This document shows positions 1 through 9,111 of a stretch of 64,000 bases of DNA, piece after piece (positions within the stretch are counted from its first letter, which is position 1; each line of letters begins with the position of its first letter). The translations under genes were made by a program, and so were the position numbers. This DNA comes from Nitrospirae bacterium GWF2_44_13 (GTDB lineage: Bacteria > Nitrospirota > Thermodesulfovibrionia > Thermodesulfovibrionales > UBA1546), in assembly GCA_001805105.1 (NCBI GenBank), contig MHEE01000015.1, positions 208,778 through 272,777 on the forward strand, read 5' to 3'. The notes beneath the pieces were generated by a model that was given only the letters and a program-made list of their open reading frames with translations, was not told the DNA's origin and ran no database searches.

Positions 1-2
1 CT

Positions 3-212
3 ATGCTTGCGGATGTAGGCATGTATGTATGGAAAATCAAGGAGACACAGGCGCCTGAATCGGACGTGCCCTCATGGGGCAATGCTGAAGAGAGAGGAAT
101 TGCATGGGAGGCAACAACCGCTGCAGCGCTTCTCATGGCAGGCGCAGAACTCTTAATCATGAGGCATCCAAAGGCTGTTGAGGCAGTTGGAAAATTAATA
201 GAAGAACTATAA
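3..212 (+). CDS. acsD: Corrinoid iron-sulfur protein small subunit (AcsD/CdhD), C-terminal fragment; the gene begins upstream of the window
   Basis: The ORF runs off the 5' edge. The tail WGNAEERGIAWEATTAAALLMAGAELLIMRHPKAV resembles the Moorella AcsD C-terminus as I recall it. It sits directly upstream of acsC. Confidence 0.7.
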   Translation: MLADVGMYVWKIKETQAPESDVPSWGNAEERGIAWEATTAAALLMAGAELLIMRHPKAVEAVGKLIEEL

Positions 213-214
213 AT

Positions 215-242
215 ATCGTACGCTTAACGCGTAACGTATTAC
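215..242 (+). repeat. Four degenerate tandem heptamers (ATCGTAC GCTTAAC GCGTAAC GTATTAC) ending at the acsC SD
   Basis: Read directly. GGAGG follows immediately at 243. Confidence 0.7.
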
Positions 243-255
243 GGAGGTTTTAGAT

Positions 256-1599
256 ATGGCTTTATCAGGCGTTGAGATATTTAAATTACTGCCAAAGACA
301 AACTGCAAAAAATGCGGACATCCCACATGCCTTGCCTTTGCAATGAAACTCGCGCAGAGACAGGCATCGCTGGATCAGTGCCCTGATGTATCTGAAGAGG
401 CAAAAAAGATACTCGGAGAGGCCTCAGCGCCTCCGATACGTTCTATAACATTCGGCTCCGGCGACAGGGCGGTAAAGATAGGCGAAGAGACTGTCCTCTT
501 CAGGCATGACAAAAAATTCGTTAACCCATGCGCTCTCGCTGTTGAAATCAAAGACACTCTTTCCGAGGGAGAAATAACAAAGAAGATAGAGGAAGTCCTT
601 GCATCGGAAATAGACAGGGTCGGACAGAAACTAAGAGTTGACGCAATAGCGCTTACAAACGCATCCGGCGATAAAGGAAAGTTTGAGTCAGCCGCAAAAC
701 TTATTGCATCAAAGGCGCCAAATGTTCCGGTAATACTTTCAACAACAGACCCCGCATCTGCAGAAGCGGCCGTAAAGCTCTTTGCCGGTAAGAAGCCCAT
801 CATCTATGGAGCAAACTCAGGCAATGCAGAGGCAATGGCAAATATTGCAAAGACAGAAAAGGCAATACTCGGAGTAGTTGCAAACGGTTTGGATGAACTC
901 TCAACGCTTACGGAAAAGATAAAAGCCCTCGGGGTTGAAGACATGGTTATAGACTCAGGAGCAAAAAAGGCAGAAGAAATGCTTGAAAACAATACCATGA
1001 TAAGAAGGGCTGCGCTTAAGAAAAACTACAAGCCGTTCGGATACCCTGTGATTAACTTCGCACAGAGAGACGACAGCCTCCATGAGGCTTTGATTGCATC
1101 TGTAGGAATAACAAAATATGCATCAATCATAGTTGTCAGCGGCATTGAGAAATGGAAAAACCTCGCCCTCTTCACTTTAAGGCAGAATATCTACACCGAT
1201 CCGCAGGTGCCGATGCAGGTTGAACAGAAAATATACAAGATCGGAGAGGCAACGCCTGATTCACCGCTTACAATTACGACAAACTTCTCCCTTACATATT
1301 TTATTGTTTCAGGCGAGATAGAAAACAGCAAAGTTCCGTGCAGGCTTGCAGTCATGGACTGCGAAGGATTATCGGTATTGACCGCATGGGCGGCAGGAAA
1401 ATTCACTGCTTCAAAAATTGCAACCTTTATAAAAGAGAGCGGCATTGAGAATGAAGTAAAACACAGGGAACTGATTATCCCCGGCTATGTCGCGATATTA
1501 AGCGGCTCTATAGAAGACAAACTCGAAGGCTGGAAGGTGACAGTCGGGCCGAGAGAGGCAAACGGGCTTCCGGCATTTTTAAAAGCAAGAACAGCATAA
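256..1599 (+). CDS. acsC: Corrinoid iron-sulfur protein large subunit (AcsC/CdhE)
   Basis: N-terminal [4Fe-4S] motif CKKCGHPTCLAFAMKLA...C. Size is 447 aa. SD GGAGG lies upstream. It is flanked by acsD and acsB. Confidence 0.9.
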   Translation: MALSGVEIFKLLPKTNCKKCGHPTCLAFAMKLAQRQASLDQCPDVSEEAKKILGEASAPPIRSITFGSGDRAVKIGEETVLFRHDKKFVNPCALAVEIKDTLSEGEITKKIEEVLASEIDRVGQKLRVDAIALTNASGDKGKFESAAKLIASKAPNVPVILSTTDPASAEAAVKLFAGKKPIIYGANSGNAEAMANIAKTEKAILGVVANGLDELSTLTEKIKALGVEDMVIDSGAKKAEEMLENNTMIRRAALKKNYKPFGYPVINFAQRDDSLHEALIASVGITKYASIIVVSGIEKWKNLALFTLRQNIYTDPQVPMQVEQKIYKIGEATPDSPLTITTNFSLTYFIVSGEIENSKVPCRLAVMDCEGLSVLTAWAAGKFTASKIATFIKESGIENEVKHRELIIPGYVAILSGSIEDKLEGWKVTVGPREANGLPAFLKARTA

Positions 1600-1688
1600 T
1601 AGTGTCAGTGAATAGTGACAGTGTCAGTATTAGCATAAGAAACGATAGAAAAACTGACACAGAACACTGACACTAAAAACTAATACTG
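1598..1688. repeat. Long imperfect hairpin built from 6-7-mer NNNYAGT units and their complement ACTRNNN
   Basis: The left arm is TAGTGTCAGTGAATAGTGACAGTGTCAGT. The right arm is ACTGACACAGAACACTGACACTA. The acsB SD follows at 1689. Confidence 0.85.
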
Positions 1689-1697
1689 GAGGTAACA

Positions 1698-3896
1698 ATG
1701 TCCAAGTTAATAGCCTCTGCAGCCATAAGAGGCGCACATACGCTCGTAAAGCAGGCAGAAGAACTGCTTGAAAAAACCACCGCGGAAAAAGGCAAAGACT
1801 TCACTTTTGAATTCCCTGACACCGCTTTTTATCTTCCGATGATTTACGCAATGACAGCCTTCCCCGTTAAAACGCTGGGTGATATGAAGGTTGCGCTGGG
1901 TCTGGCAAAGGAACTGCTTCATGACGAGCCTGAAGAGCATTTGTGGAAACCGTATCTCGGCGAGGCGCTGGACTCAGGCATGGCAACTCTCTTTGCAGAA
2001 GAACTACTGCTTGCATTGAAATATATCAACGGACTGGAGCCTGCTAAAGATCCCGAGACAGGTTATATATATAACGGTTTTATCACCGACACTATCCAGC
2101 GGAATCTGGGTATCCAGCTTGTTGACGGCACAATGCCGGGCTTTGCCGCAATTATAGGCGCTGCTCCGAGTGACGATGTAGCCGTAAGCATTGTCAGGGA
2201 ACTTCAGGAAAAGAATATCCTCACATTTCTCTCAGGCAATGTAAACGGCAATAGCGTTACAAAACAGCTTTTAAGAAAGGGTGTTGAATTAGGATGGGAC
2301 ACAAGAATCGTACCGCTCGGCCCTGACACAGAACATACGCTCTATGCTCTTGACTGGGCCATAAGGGCGTCCCTGATATTCGGAGGCAAAAAACCCGGAG
2401 ATTACAAAGAGCATCTCAAATACCAGAAAGACAGGGTCTTTGCATTCGCAGTGGTTCTCGGCGAGCTTAACGACATAATATGGACTACAGGCGCAGGAGC
2501 AATTAACATGGGATTCCCTGCCATTGCAGATACGGACGTTCCGGTCATACATCCTACAGGAGTATGCATATACGAAGAAGTGGACAAAGAGCTTGACCAT
2601 GGGAAGATAGTGCAGAGGGCTATTGAACAGAGAGGGTTAAAGATTACCGTTGAAAAGCCTCCGATACCTGTTGCATACGGGCCGGCCTTTGAGGGCGAGA
2701 GAATAAGAAAAGAGGATATGTTCATTGAATTCGGCGGACAGAGAACACCTTCGTTTGAATGGGTGAGGACAAAAGAACTGAACGAGATAGAAGACAACAA
2801 GGTAATTATTGTAGGAGACGGCTGGCAGGAGAAGTACGAAAAAGGCGGGCAGATGCCGTTGGCCATCGTAATAGATACGGCAGGCAGAAAAATGCAGAAG
2901 GACTTTGAGTCTATCATTGAAAGGAAAATACACCATAACATAAACGAGGCACAGGGACTCTGGCACATGGGCCAGCGCGACCTCAACTGGATAAGAATCA
3001 GCAGCAATGCCAAAAAAGAAGGCATAACATTAGAACACATTGGCGTGGTCATGGCAACCATGACGCACCACAGATTTAAATCAATCGTGGATAAGGTGCA
3101 GGTTACCATATACACCGATGAAAAAGATGTCCTTGCCATACAGGAAGAAGCGAGAAAGGCATACAAGGAGCGTGACCAGAGGCTTGGTTCTCTTACTGAT
3201 GAGGCAGTGGATATTTTTTACTCGTGCCTCCTCTGCCAGTCGTTTGCGCCAAGCCATGTATGCGTCATAAGCCCTGAAAGGCTTGGCCTTTGCGGCGCAT
3301 ATAACTGGCTGGACGGAAAGGCTGCTTATGAGATAGACCCGACAGGAGGCAACCAGCCGATCCCGAAGGGCGCGCTCATGGACGCAAAATACGGAAGATA
3401 CACAGGCATAGACGAATACCTCAAAAAGGCGTCAGCCGGAGCAGTCGAGACCCTTAACTTATACACAATAATGGAAAACCCGATGACTTCATGCGGCTGC
3501 TTTGAATGTATCATCGCAATAATCCCTGAAGCAAACGGCGTGATGATAGTACAGAGGGGACATACAGGAATGACACCTGCAGGAATGAAATTCTCTACCC
3601 TTGCGGGAAGCGTAGGAGGCGGAACGCAGAACCCGGGCTTTATGGGCATAGGAAGAAACTTCATTGTAAGCAAGAAATTCCTTCACGGCGACGGCGGGAT
3701 AAAGAGAATAGTATGGATGACCAAAAATCTTAAGGAAGGCCTTAAGGATGAGTTCAGCAAAAGGGCTGCCGAGGAAGGCGTGCCTGACCTGCTCGACAAG
3801 ATTGCCGACGAAACGGTTGCAGAGGACTCAGAGAAGCTGCTTGAGTTCCTTACACAGGCAGGACATCCTGCTCTCAGCATGGATCCGATGTTATAA
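1698..3896 (+). CDS. acsB: Acetyl-CoA synthase (A-cluster subunit, AcsB/CdhC)
   Basis: 732 aa. A-cluster ligands are present: CLLCQSFAPSHVCVISPERLGLCGA and the Cys-Gly-Cys element SCGCFEC. SD GGAGG lies 5 nt upstream. Confidence 0.93.
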   Translation: MSKLIASAAIRGAHTLVKQAEELLEKTTAEKGKDFTFEFPDTAFYLPMIYAMTAFPVKTLGDMKVALGLAKELLHDEPEEHLWKPYLGEALDSGMATLFAEELLLALKYINGLEPAKDPETGYIYNGFITDTIQRNLGIQLVDGTMPGFAAIIGAAPSDDVAVSIVRELQEKNILTFLSGNVNGNSVTKQLLRKGVELGWDTRIVPLGPDTEHTLYALDWAIRASLIFGGKKPGDYKEHLKYQKDRVFAFAVVLGELNDIIWTTGAGAINMGFPAIADTDVPVIHPTGVCIYEEVDKELDHGKIVQRAIEQRGLKITVEKPPIPVAYGPAFEGERIRKEDMFIEFGGQRTPSFEWVRTKELNEIEDNKVIIVGDGWQEKYEKGGQMPLAIVIDTAGRKMQKDFESIIERKIHHNINEAQGLWHMGQRDLNWIRISSNAKKEGITLEHIGVVMATMTHHRFKSIVDKVQVTIYTDEKDVLAIQEEARKAYKERDQRLGSLTDEAVDIFYSCLLCQSFAPSHVCVISPERLGLCGAYNWLDGKAAYEIDPTGGNQPIPKGALMDAKYGRYTGIDEYLKKASAGAVETLNLYTIMENPMTSCGCFECIIAIIPEANGVMIVQRGHTGMTPAGMKFSTLAGSVGGGTQNPGFMGIGRNFIVSKKFLHGDGGIKRIVWMTKNLKEGLKDEFSKRAAEEGVPDLLDKIADETVAEDSEKLLEFLTQAGHPALSMDPML

Positions 3897-3991
3897 TAAA
3901 GAAGCAACATAGTGTCAAAAAGTAAAAGTGTCACATAATGCTTTGACACGCTGAAACTCTGATGCTTGATACTTAAAGTTTGGAGGAAACA

Positions 3992-5977
3992 ATGGATAAG
4001 GCAGTAAAGAGTGCAAATAAAGAAGCCGAACAAATAATTGAGTGGGGAAAATCCCATGGAATTGAGACCTGTTTTGACAGGGCGGAAAAACTTAAACCAT
4101 GTCCGATCGGCGAGACAGGTGCGTGTTGTAAGGTTTGCCATATGGGACCTTGCAGGCTCGTCGGCAAAAACGCCGAAGAAGAGGCAAAAGGCGTATGCGG
4201 GGCAAGCCTTCCCACAGTTGCTTCAAGGAACCTTTTAAGAATGATTGCAGCAGGAACAGCAGCTCACTCTGACCATGCAAGAGACATGGCATTTACCCTG
4301 CTTGCAGTTGCAAACGGAGAGACAAAGGATTTCAAGGTAACAGATGTGAGAAAACTATACAGGGTTGCCGGCTACCTCAATATTGAGTTCGAGGGCAGAC
4401 CTGTTAATGATGTCGCGAGAGATGTCGCAACAAAATTTCTTGAGGACTTCGGCAGACAGAAAGGGGCTATAAATTACCTTAAGCGGGCTCCTAAAAAGAC
4501 CCAGGAAAGATGGGAAAAATGGGTCATTGCTCCAAGGGCTATAGACAGGGAAGTTGTCGAGGCCCTGCACAGAACCAATATTGGAGTTGACCATGAACCG
4601 GACCATCTTCTTCTGCACGGTTTAAGGACCGCATTGGCTGATGGATGGGGCGGCTCTATGATATCAACAGACATTACTGACATATTGTTTGGAACCCCCA
4701 AACCTCTTAAATCAGAGGCAAGTTTTGGAATATTCAAAGAAGATGAAGTAAACCTCGTTGTTCATGGCCATGAACCTACCCTTGCTGAGATTATTGTAGA
4801 CGTGGTGTCAGAACCTGAGATGATAGACTATGCTAAATCAAAAGGCGCTAAGGGGATTAACCTTGGCGGGATGTGCTGCACTGCAAATGAAGTGCTCATG
4901 AGGCACGGAATTCCTACGGCAGGCGGTTTTACAAATCAGGAACTCGGTATAATGACCGGTCTTGTTGATGCAATAAGCGTGGACGTCCAGTGTATAATGC
5001 CTGCCATTGCTGAACTTTCAAAGAAATTTCACACAAAGGTTATAACAACCTCTGAGAAGGCAAAGATGCCGGGTGCGGTTCATATTGAATATGACGAGCA
5101 CAGGGCAAGGGAAGTGGCAAGAGAAATAGTAAAAACCGCAATAGACAACTTCCCAAACAGAAAAACCAGGGGCAGCCATATCACAGACAAGTTCCCTGTA
5201 ATAGTCGGCTTCTCACATGAATACATTGAATATATGCAGGGAGGAAGATGGAGGGCGTCATTCAGGCCATTAAATGACGCAATTATTGCAGGAAGAATTC
5301 GCGGAGTTGTGGGTCTTGCAGGATGCGACAATCCAAGAGTGCCTTCAACTGGACTTCACCGATTCCTCGCAACAGAACTCATAAAGCATGATGTGCTTAT
5401 TGTCTCAACCGGCTGCGGCTCAGCAGCGTGCGCAACTGCAGGGTATCTTACTCCTGAGATGGCGCTCGAAAACGCAGGCCCAGGTTTACGCGAGGTCTGC
5501 GAGGCGATCGGAATTCCCCCGATACTGCATCTCGGCTCCTGCGTGGACAACACGAGGATACTAACCATTGCCACCGCCATGGCCGCGGAGGGCGGTTTAT
5601 CGGATGAGATCGGAGGCATGCCAGCCGTCGGTATTGCTCCTGAATGGATGTCTGAAAAGGCTATTGCAATAGGCTGTTATTTTGCAGCGTCAGGCATCCC
5701 TGTAATATTCGGCGGCGAATCACCTGTAGGGGCAAGCAAGGAAGTTACGAGAATAATGACAGAGGTCTGGTTTGAGAGGTTCAAAGGAGCATTGCATTTC
5801 GAACCCGATCCTGAAAAGATACTTGAAATGGCGCTTGACTACATTGATAAGGCGAGAGAGGCGCTTAAGCTCAAGAAGTATGAGCCGGGAAAATTCGGCA
5901 CCGAAAAGGTGCTCATGGATATGGCGGCAAGGCGTGAGATTGAAAGAGTAGCTAAACCGCATATCGGGATTTATTAA
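3992..5977 (+). CDS. cooS: Anaerobic carbon-monoxide dehydrogenase catalytic subunit
   Basis: Cluster motifs CCKVCHMGPCRL, GMCCTANE, AGCDNPRV and GSCVDN. I start at the ATG at 3992 because GGAGG at 3982-3986 precedes it; the track ORF starts at a TTG at 3980. Confidence 0.92.
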   Translation: MDKAVKSANKEAEQIIEWGKSHGIETCFDRAEKLKPCPIGETGACCKVCHMGPCRLVGKNAEEEAKGVCGASLPTVASRNLLRMIAAGTAAHSDHARDMAFTLLAVANGETKDFKVTDVRKLYRVAGYLNIEFEGRPVNDVARDVATKFLEDFGRQKGAINYLKRAPKKTQERWEKWVIAPRAIDREVVEALHRTNIGVDHEPDHLLLHGLRTALADGWGGSMISTDITDILFGTPKPLKSEASFGIFKEDEVNLVVHGHEPTLAEIIVDVVSEPEMIDYAKSKGAKGINLGGMCCTANEVLMRHGIPTAGGFTNQELGIMTGLVDAISVDVQCIMPAIAELSKKFHTKVITTSEKAKMPGAVHIEYDEHRAREVAREIVKTAIDNFPNRKTRGSHITDKFPVIVGFSHEYIEYMQGGRWRASFRPLNDAIIAGRIRGVVGLAGCDNPRVPSTGLHRFLATELIKHDVLIVSTGCGSAACATAGYLTPEMALENAGPGLREVCEAIGIPPILHLGSCVDNTRILTIATAMAAEGGLSDEIGGMPAVGIAPEWMSEKAIAIGCYFAASGIPVIFGGESPVGASKEVTRIMTEVWFERFKGALHFEPDPEKILEMALDYIDKAREALKLKKYEPGKFGTEKVLMDMAARREIERVAKPHIGIY

Positions 5978-6022
5978 GAATAGGTCTTATAAGTCCTATA
6001 TGACCTATATTTTGGAGGTTAG

Positions 6023-6508
6023 ATGAAGGCAGCAGAAATTGATGTCAATGAAAAGATAGGCAATGTCAGGGAAATTCTGACGGACACGCAGAAAAAAAGG
6101 GGTATATTAATACATGCATTCCAGCAGATACAGAAGGCGCATAATTACCTCCCGGAGGAACAACTGATATTACTGTCAAGAAAACTTGATATACCTTTAT
6201 CGGAGGTATACAGCACAGCTTCTTTTTACAAACATTTCTATTTTAAGCCCCGGGGCAAAAATGTTGTCTGCGTCTGCGCAGGAACAGCCTGCCATGTCAG
6301 GGGCTCGCATAAAGTGCTCGAAAAATTTGAAGAGGCCTTCGGCGTAAAAGAAGGAGAGACAACGCCTGACCTTGCTCTGACTCTGGAGACAGTCGGATGC
6401 GTAGGATGCTGTGGACTTGCTCCCGTTGTCACAATCAATGAAGAGGTAGTAGGAGATCTGTCTGCCAAAAGGGTTGAGGCCCTGATAAAAGAAGTAAAAG
6501 GGAAATAG
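6023..6508 (+). CDS. NuoE/HydC-like [2Fe-2S] thioredoxin-fold subunit
   Basis: 161 aa with the Cys pattern CVCAGTAC...CVGCCGLAP typical of NuoE-family 2Fe-2S proteins. Confidence 0.85.
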   Translation: MKAAEIDVNEKIGNVREILTDTQKKRGILIHAFQQIQKAHNYLPEEQLILLSRKLDIPLSEVYSTASFYKHFYFKPRGKNVVCVCAGTACHVRGSHKVLEKFEEAFGVKEGETTPDLALTLETVGCVGCCGLAPVVTINEEVVGDLSAKRVEALIKEVKGK

Positions 6509-6510
6509 CC

Positions 6511-8397
6511 ATGGAGAGATTAAAATCCATAGATGATCTTAAAAAACTCGGGGAACGCCTCAAAGACGAGACCTTCAGGCCTGAGATACCCAGAGTAAGA
6601 ATCTGCAGCGGAACAGCCTGCACTGCTACGGGAACTCCCAAGGTGCTCTCTGCAATGGAAGAAGAGGCAGGCAAACGCGGAATTAATCTTGACATCGTTA
6701 AAACCGGCTGCCAGGGCCTTTGCCAAAAGGGGCCTGTAATGAAAGTAGAACCGCTTAATATGTTCTATCAGAAGGTGAAACCGGAACATGCAAGGTCTAT
6801 CCTTGCGTATACCGTGCAAGGCGGGATGCCCTTCAGGCAGAGCCTTTACAGGCAGGATTTCCTGAGTGAGCCTATCCCTGAGATGACAAACGTGCCCTTC
6901 TACAAAAAGCAGCTCAGAATCGCATTAAGGAATAACGGGCTTATAGACCCGAAAAACATATATCACTATATCGCAGTGGGCGGTTATTCTGCTCTGGGAA
7001 AAGCCTTGGGCTCAATGACCCCTGACGGAGTGCTGGCTGAAGTTGATAAGGCAAACCTCAGAGGAAGGGGCGGCGCAGGATTTCCCGCAGGCAAAAAATG
7101 GAAACACACAAAGAGCGCACAGGGCAAGACAAAGCTCGTTATAGCCAATGGAGACGAAGGCGACCCCGGAGCATTCATGGACAGGTCTGTCATGGAAGGA
7201 GACCCTCACAGCCTGTTTGAGGGGATGCTCTTATGTGCATATGCAATTGGCGCTGAATACGGCTTAATATACGTAAGGCACGAATATCCTCTGGCAGTTA
7301 AAAACCTTACACACGCAATCAATCAGGCAACAGAACTTGGGCTTCTCGGCAAAAATATACTCGGGACAAATTTCAATTTCACGATTGATATAAGAGAAGG
7401 CGCAGGAGCATTCGTATGCGGGGAATCAACAGCACTCATTGCTTCTGTCGAAGGCGAAAGGGGATTCCCAAGGCCAAGGCCTCCAAGGCTTTCAGAACAA
7501 GGCGGAGGCGCATGGGGTTATCCGAGCAACCTGAATAACATAGAGACATACGCATGCGTGCCTCAAATTATAGAGAAAGGCGCTGACTGGTTCCTTGGCA
7601 TTGGCACAAAGAATTCTCCTGGCACAAAGGTATTTGCGCTTACAGGGAAGGTTGTTAACACAGGCCTTGTTGAAGTTCCCATGGGAATTACTCTTAAAGA
7701 GATAATATACGAGATTGGCGGCGGAGTCATGGACGGAAAGAAATTCAAGGCTGTGCAGACAGGAGGGCCGTCAGGAGGATGCATACCTGAGCACCTGCTT
7801 GATACGCCTGTTGACTTTGATACGCTCGCAAAGGTTGGTTCCATGATGGGTTCAGGCGGAATGGTTGTTCTGGACGAGGACAACTGCATGGTTGACGTCG
7901 CAAAATACTTCCTTTCATTCTGCAAGTCAGAGTCCTGCGGTAAATGCCCTCCATGCAGGATAGGCACATTCCAGATGCTCGAGATACTGGAAAAAATTAC
8001 GACAGGAAAAGGCGAAGCAGGAGATATAGAAAAACTGACAGCGATAGGAGAAAAGGTCAAGGAGAGCGCGCTCTGCGGCCTTGGAAACAGCGCGCCTAAC
8101 CCGGTTCTCACTACAATAAAATATTTCAGGGATGAGTACGAGGAGCATATCCATGACAAATACTGCAGGGCAAAGGCATGCAGCGGGCTTGGAACATTCA
8201 GCATTGATCATGAACAGTGCTTCCTCTGCGGTTTATGCAAACAGGCATGCGCATTCGATGCGGTGAAGGAAACATCCAGATCGTTCTTTATAGATCAGGA
8301 CTATTGTACAAAATGCAAGGCATGTTACCTTGCATGTCCAATTGGCGCTGTGAAGGTGGAAAAACAGGCTAAGCGTCATGGCGTTGAGCGTTCATAG
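6511..8397 (+). CDS. NuoF/HydB-like FMN- and NAD(P)H-binding flavoprotein with an N-terminal 2Fe-2S domain and a C-terminal 2x[4Fe-4S] domain
   Basis: GRGGAGFPAGKKW (NADH/FMN site), ESCGKCPPCRIG (N3 cluster), and C-terminal CxxCxxCxxxCP twice. Confidence 0.88.
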   Translation: MERLKSIDDLKKLGERLKDETFRPEIPRVRICSGTACTATGTPKVLSAMEEEAGKRGINLDIVKTGCQGLCQKGPVMKVEPLNMFYQKVKPEHARSILAYTVQGGMPFRQSLYRQDFLSEPIPEMTNVPFYKKQLRIALRNNGLIDPKNIYHYIAVGGYSALGKALGSMTPDGVLAEVDKANLRGRGGAGFPAGKKWKHTKSAQGKTKLVIANGDEGDPGAFMDRSVMEGDPHSLFEGMLLCAYAIGAEYGLIYVRHEYPLAVKNLTHAINQATELGLLGKNILGTNFNFTIDIREGAGAFVCGESTALIASVEGERGFPRPRPPRLSEQGGGAWGYPSNLNNIETYACVPQIIEKGADWFLGIGTKNSPGTKVFALTGKVVNTGLVEVPMGITLKEIIYEIGGGVMDGKKFKAVQTGGPSGGCIPEHLLDTPVDFDTLAKVGSMMGSGGMVVLDEDNCMVDVAKYFLSFCKSESCGKCPPCRIGTFQMLEILEKITTGKGEAGDIEKLTAIGEKVKESALCGLGNSAPNPVLTTIKYFRDEYEEHIHDKYCRAKACSGLGTFSIDHEQCFLCGLCKQACAFDAVKETSRSFFIDQDYCTKCKACYLACPIGAVKVEKQAKRHGVERS

Positions 8398-8425
8398 CGC
8401 TAAAACCCAATAACGCAATAGAGGT

Positions 8426-9016
8426 ATGATGGCAGAACAGAAAGAAAAAAAGGTTGAAGACATAAAAAAAGAAGCAGAGGCAAAGAAATGCCCTGTAAGT
8501 AAGTCCCTTTACTATATAGAAGCATTCCTTGCAGGCCCTATGTGCGGCAAGTGTTTTCCCTGCGAGATGGGCGTTTATGAAGCAAAGATACGGCTTAAAA
8601 ACCTTACAGACGGTAAAGGCTCTGAGGCTGACATCTTTGCCATCAAGAGAATAGCCTCAGACATGCTTGAATCTTCAAGGTGCAAGAGAGGAAAAGACAC
8701 CGCTGCATTCATCCTTGAATGGATGGGAACAGATGTGTTTAAGGAGCATGTTGAAGGAAGATGCCCTGACAGGGAATGCATCTCGCTAATTGAATACAGA
8801 ATAATCCCCGAGAAATGCATCATCTGCGGTGATTGTCAGGATGCTTGCAAATATGATGCAATCACTGGAGAAAAGAAAAAGGGTTACAAGAGCGGCTATC
8901 TTCCGTTTGAGATACGGCAGAAGAGATGCGTTAAGTGCGGCGACTGCATAAAGGTATGCCCGACGAACGCAATTATACTTGTTGACGTAAAAAGCAAAGA
9001 ACCGGTGGGAGTTTAG
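8426..9016 (+). CDS. Stand-alone NuoF-N3-like [4Fe-4S] helical module fused to a 2x[4Fe-4S] ferredoxin
   Basis: MCGKCFPCEMG...SSRCKRG resembles the NuoF C-terminal iron-sulfur region. It is followed by CIICGDCQDAC and CVKCGDCIKVCP. Confidence 0.6.
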   Translation: MMAEQKEKKVEDIKKEAEAKKCPVSKSLYYIEAFLAGPMCGKCFPCEMGVYEAKIRLKNLTDGKGSEADIFAIKRIASDMLESSRCKRGKDTAAFILEWMGTDVFKEHVEGRCPDRECISLIEYRIIPEKCIICGDCQDACKYDAITGEKKKGYKSGYLPFEIRQKRCVKCGDCIKVCPTNAIILVDVKSKEPVGV

Positions 9017-9028
9017 CTTGGAATTGTC

Positions 9029-9090
9029 ACCCTGAACTTGTTTCAGGGTCTAAATAAATATGGAATACGATGCTGAAACGAGTTCAGCAT
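9029..9090 (+). repeat. Two paralogous 8-bp-stem hairpins (ACCCTGAA-cttgt-TTCAGGGT and ATGCTGAA-acgag-TTCAGCAT)
   Basis: Perfect stems at 9029-9049 and 9070-9090, in the spacer before the NuoG-like gene. Confidence 0.85.
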
Positions 9091-9111
9091 GACACTTTGA
9101 TGGAGGACTAA

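Noticed and set aside
375-3166. Long minus-strand ORFs inside acsC and acsB (for example 375-803 and 2402-3166)
   Set aside because: They lie entirely within well-supported plus-strand genes, have low-complexity Ser/Pro/Cys-rich translations, and show no start-site signals.
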